64,000 bases of DNA from Azolla caroliniana. Its lineage: Eukaryota; Plantae; Polypodiophyta. The position numbers were made by a program, and so were the translations under genes. Position 1 is the stretch's first letter; each line of letters begins with the position of its first letter. Shown piece by piece: positions 61,440 to 64,000 of the stretch. Below the pieces are notes generated by a model that worked only from the letters and a program-made list of their open reading frames with translations, had not been told where the DNA came from and did not search any database. The DNA is taken from the NCBI GenBank assembly GCA_043228905.1, contig JBHGNT010000018.1, positions 3,844,001 through 3,908,000 on the forward strand, read 5' to 3'.

Positions 61440-64000
61440 TCAATATACCTTATTATTTTTCCCAATATTTCCATTCATGTAAATGTTCAACATACAAATG
61501 TGAGCTGCAACATCCTTCTCATCTAACTGTTGTGTATGGCTAAAGGCCTTCTCCCCAAGCTCCACATTGCCCCATTTCCGACAAGCACCCAAAAGAGTCA
61601 ACCACACAAAACTAACAGGATGAAATGGCATGCACTCAATCACAGAAACTGCCTTTTCTAAGTGTCCGGCACGACCAAGGATATCGGCAATACAACTATA
61701 GTGCTCAAGAGTTGGAATGCACTTAAAATATTGAATCATTACATATAAGTACCATCCACCTTTCTCCACAATGCCTCCATGACTACAGGCATTCAGAATA
61801 CTTACAAATGTGACTCCAGTTGGCTTGGCATTTGCTTCCAACATTCTAGTAAAGATCATGAAAACATTTTCACTTTCACCAGCCTGTGCATAGCCTGTGA
61901 TTAAAGTAGTCCATGCAATTTCAGACTTGACTAAAAGCCCATTAAAGACTTCTTGTGCCTCTGCAAGCAAACCACATTTCACATACATATCAACCAAGCT
62001 GTTGCCAATATAAGTGTCTCTTTCCAGACCCTTACTAGCGATTTGAGAAAATACCTTACGACCTTTATTTTTGGACCCCAGATTACCACAAGCATTTAAA
62101 GTACAAGCAAGTGTAATATCATCTGGAGAAATAAACTCTTCTTGCATTCTATCAAAGGAGGCAAGGGCACTATCATCACAGCCGTGGCACACATATCCTG
62201 TGATCAAGGTTGTCCAAGTAAACACAGTTCGCACCTGGAGCTTATCAAGCATTACCTCTGTTTCAGCTAGCAAGCCAAATTTTACATACATATCGATCAA
62301 TGCACTGTCAATAACCATGTCTCCTCCAAACCCTTCCTGTAAGATTTGGGTATGTACAGCCAAGCCTTTATCTCTATCTCCAATGCAGGAACAAGCTCTT
62401 AATATACATGCCAATAAGATCGTGTCTGGTTGAATATTATCGAGGTGCATCCTCTCTAAACAATTGCATACATCCTCCTGATGTCCAAGTTCAATATAGC
62501 CAGTGATGAGAGCAGCCCATGAGAAAGCGGAATGGATGGGAAGCCTATGAAACACTTCCTCTGCATCAGAGAACATCCCACATTTTACATACATTTCAAC
62601 CAAACTGCTGTGAAGAAGACCGTCAATATCATCCAATCCTTTACAGACCATAATCTCGTGTATTTGTTGACCTTTTTTTACAGTTTCTATATTGCTACAC
62701 ACTTTCAAACAATGAACCAATGTCATGGCATCTGGAGAAATACCATCATGTTCCATCTGTTGCAAAAGATCATATGCCTGTTCATACAGCTCATGTTCGA
62801 CATATCCTCCAAGAAGTGCATTCCATGAGAATGTTGTTTTATAATGTAACCGATTAAACACTGCCAATAAATCAGGAAATAAAAGGCATTTAGCATACAT
62901 GTCAATCAAGGTGCTGCCAATAAAATGGTCTGATTCAAAACCCTTTTTGCATATTTCAGTGTGTATTTTCTGACCGAATCGGATTGCTCCTATATTACTG
63001 CATGCTTTCAACACGGAAGAAAAGGTGACAGCATCTGGTGCAGTCTCAAATTCCATTTTCTCTAAATACTCAACTACTTCGTCAGAATACCCATGTTGAA
63101 CATATCCACCTATTAGTGTATTCCAAGATATGACCTCTCTAGCTAAGATTTTGTTAAAAGTTTCTTTTGCTTCAACAAGATGAGCACATTTAGAATATGC
63201 ATCTATCAAACTGTTTGCAACACTCACATTTCTTTCAAATCCTTTAAGAATAATTCTGTTGTGTACTTCATTAACCTTGTGAATGGCTCCTGACATGCCA
63301 CACACTTTCAAGCAATAAGTGAATGTAATGCTATCTGGAAGGATACACTCATTTGCCATTTGTTTCAAAGAATCAAGTATCTCTTTCTCGTTCCCATCAT
63401 TCACATATCCTCCAATTAATACATTCCAGGAAACCAACGTCCGAATCTGGAGACTATTAAACACGTGGCGCGCATCTGTAAGCAGACCATACTTAGTATA
63501 CATATCGATCAAGGTGTTTCCAATGGTTACATCTCTTTCAAAACCTTTGCTTGTTATTTCTGAATAGGTTTCTGCCCCCATATGAATAGATTGTATGCTA
63601 CTGCATGATTTCAGACAGCAGACGTATGTAACAGTATCAGGAGAAATACCTTCATTCTGCAATTGTTCAAAGCATTTCAATGCTTCCTCGTCATGCCCAT
63701 AGTCTACATAACCAGTTATTAAAGCATTCCAGGAGACCACGTTCCTATCCATAGTTGAATCAAACACTTCCCGAGCTTTTGCAATCCAGCCACATTTCAC
63801 AAACATGTTAACCAATGCACTAGCAACAACAAGATTCTTTTCTAATCCTATTCTAATGATGTAGTCATACAATTCTTGACCTTTGTCAGTATCCTTCACT
63901 ATACCACAAGCTTTCAAGGTGCAAGTAAATGTGGAAGCATCGGGAGAAATCCCTTCCTTTTGCATCTCTTCAAAGTAATTGAGTCCCTCTTTACCATATC
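61440..64000 (-). CDS. PLS-class pentatricopeptide repeat protein with E domain and no DYW; 5' end lies beyond the window
   Basis: Intronless frame of at least 841 aa with P-L-S triplets (VSWNALITGY, PDTVTY..LKSC, GNTLIDMY.K.G), P2-L2-S2 (FVSILNACSHGG, EHYSCIADILGRAG) and E1 (VWLTLLGACRKWGNVELG). The frame stays open to 64000. Confidence 0.95.
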   Translation of the reverse strand, partial: YGKEGLNYFEEMQKEGISPDASTFTCTLKACGIVKDTDKGQELYDYIIRIGLEKNLVVASALVNMFVKCGWIAKAREVFDSTMDRNVVSWNALITGYVDYGHDEEALKCFEQLQNEGISPDTVTYVCCLKSCSSIQSIHMGAETYSEITSKGFERDVTIGNTLIDMYTKYGLLTDARHVFNSLQIRTLVSWNVLIGGYVNDGNEKEILDSLKQMANECILPDSITFTYCLKVCGMSGAIHKVNEVHNRIILKGFERNVSVANSLIDAYSKCAHLVEAKETFNKILAREVISWNTLIGGYVQHGYSDEVVEYLEKMEFETAPDAVTFSSVLKACSNIGAIRFGQKIHTEICKKGFESDHFIGSTLIDMYAKCLLFPDLLAVFNRLHYKTTFSWNALLGGYVEHELYEQAYDLLQQMEHDGISPDAMTLVHCLKVCSNIETVKKGQQIHEIMVCKGLDDIDGLLHSSLVEMYVKCGMFSDAEEVFHRLPIHSAFSWAALITGYIELGHQEDVCNCLERMHLDNIQPDTILLACILRACSCIGDRDKGLAVHTQILQEGFGGDMVIDSALIDMYVKFGLLAETEVMLDKLQVRTVFTWTTLITGYVCHGCDDSALASFDRMQEEFISPDDITLACTLNACGNLGSKNKGRKVFSQIASKGLERDTYIGNSLVDMYVKCGLLAEAQEVFNGLLVKSEIAWTTLITGYAQAGESENVFMIFTRMLEANAKPTGVTFVSILNACSHGGIVEKGGWYLYVMIQYFKCIPTLEHYSCIADILGRAGHLEKAVSVIECMPFHPVSFVWLTLLGACRKWGNVELGEKAFSHTQQLDEKDVAAHICMLNIYMNGNIGKNNKVY

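Overview
Eukaryotic land-plant genomic DNA, probably from a non-seed plant such as a fern (inferred from the PPR and retroelement types). Positions 1 to about 32400 are a nested LTR-retrotransposon cluster. An old plus-strand Ty1/Copia element (D; pieces at 6643-7203 and 25747-28531) was hit by two related minus-strand Ty3/Gypsy elements: A (<1-6642) and B (7204-25742, 4-bp TSD). B was then hit by two very young Tnt1-like Copia elements, C1 (9301-14615) and C2 (15587-21137), each with a perfect 5-bp TSD and near-identical LTRs. Further Copia gag-pol fragments follow to about 32 kb. A and B share an unusual design: a tRNA-Trp primer site, a protease with a D-H-G triad encoded in the gag frame, and a conserved G-GAT-TTT-TAG site followed by a covarying H-type pseudoknot. 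That site predicts a -1 ribosomal frameshift between protease and RT. One LTR of B also carries a tRNA-like A-box/B-box Pol III module. The AT-rich right half holds three host genes: a 9-exon type I inositol polyphosphate 5-phosphatase (40221-45482, with a GC-AG intron and an intronic hAT MITE), a 3-exon LURP-one-related gene (53286-54662, minus strand) and a PLS/E-class PPR gene (61440 to beyond 64000, minus strand). It also holds a probable 5'-inverted LINE fragment. All coordinates and counts were obtained by hand; no database searches were run.
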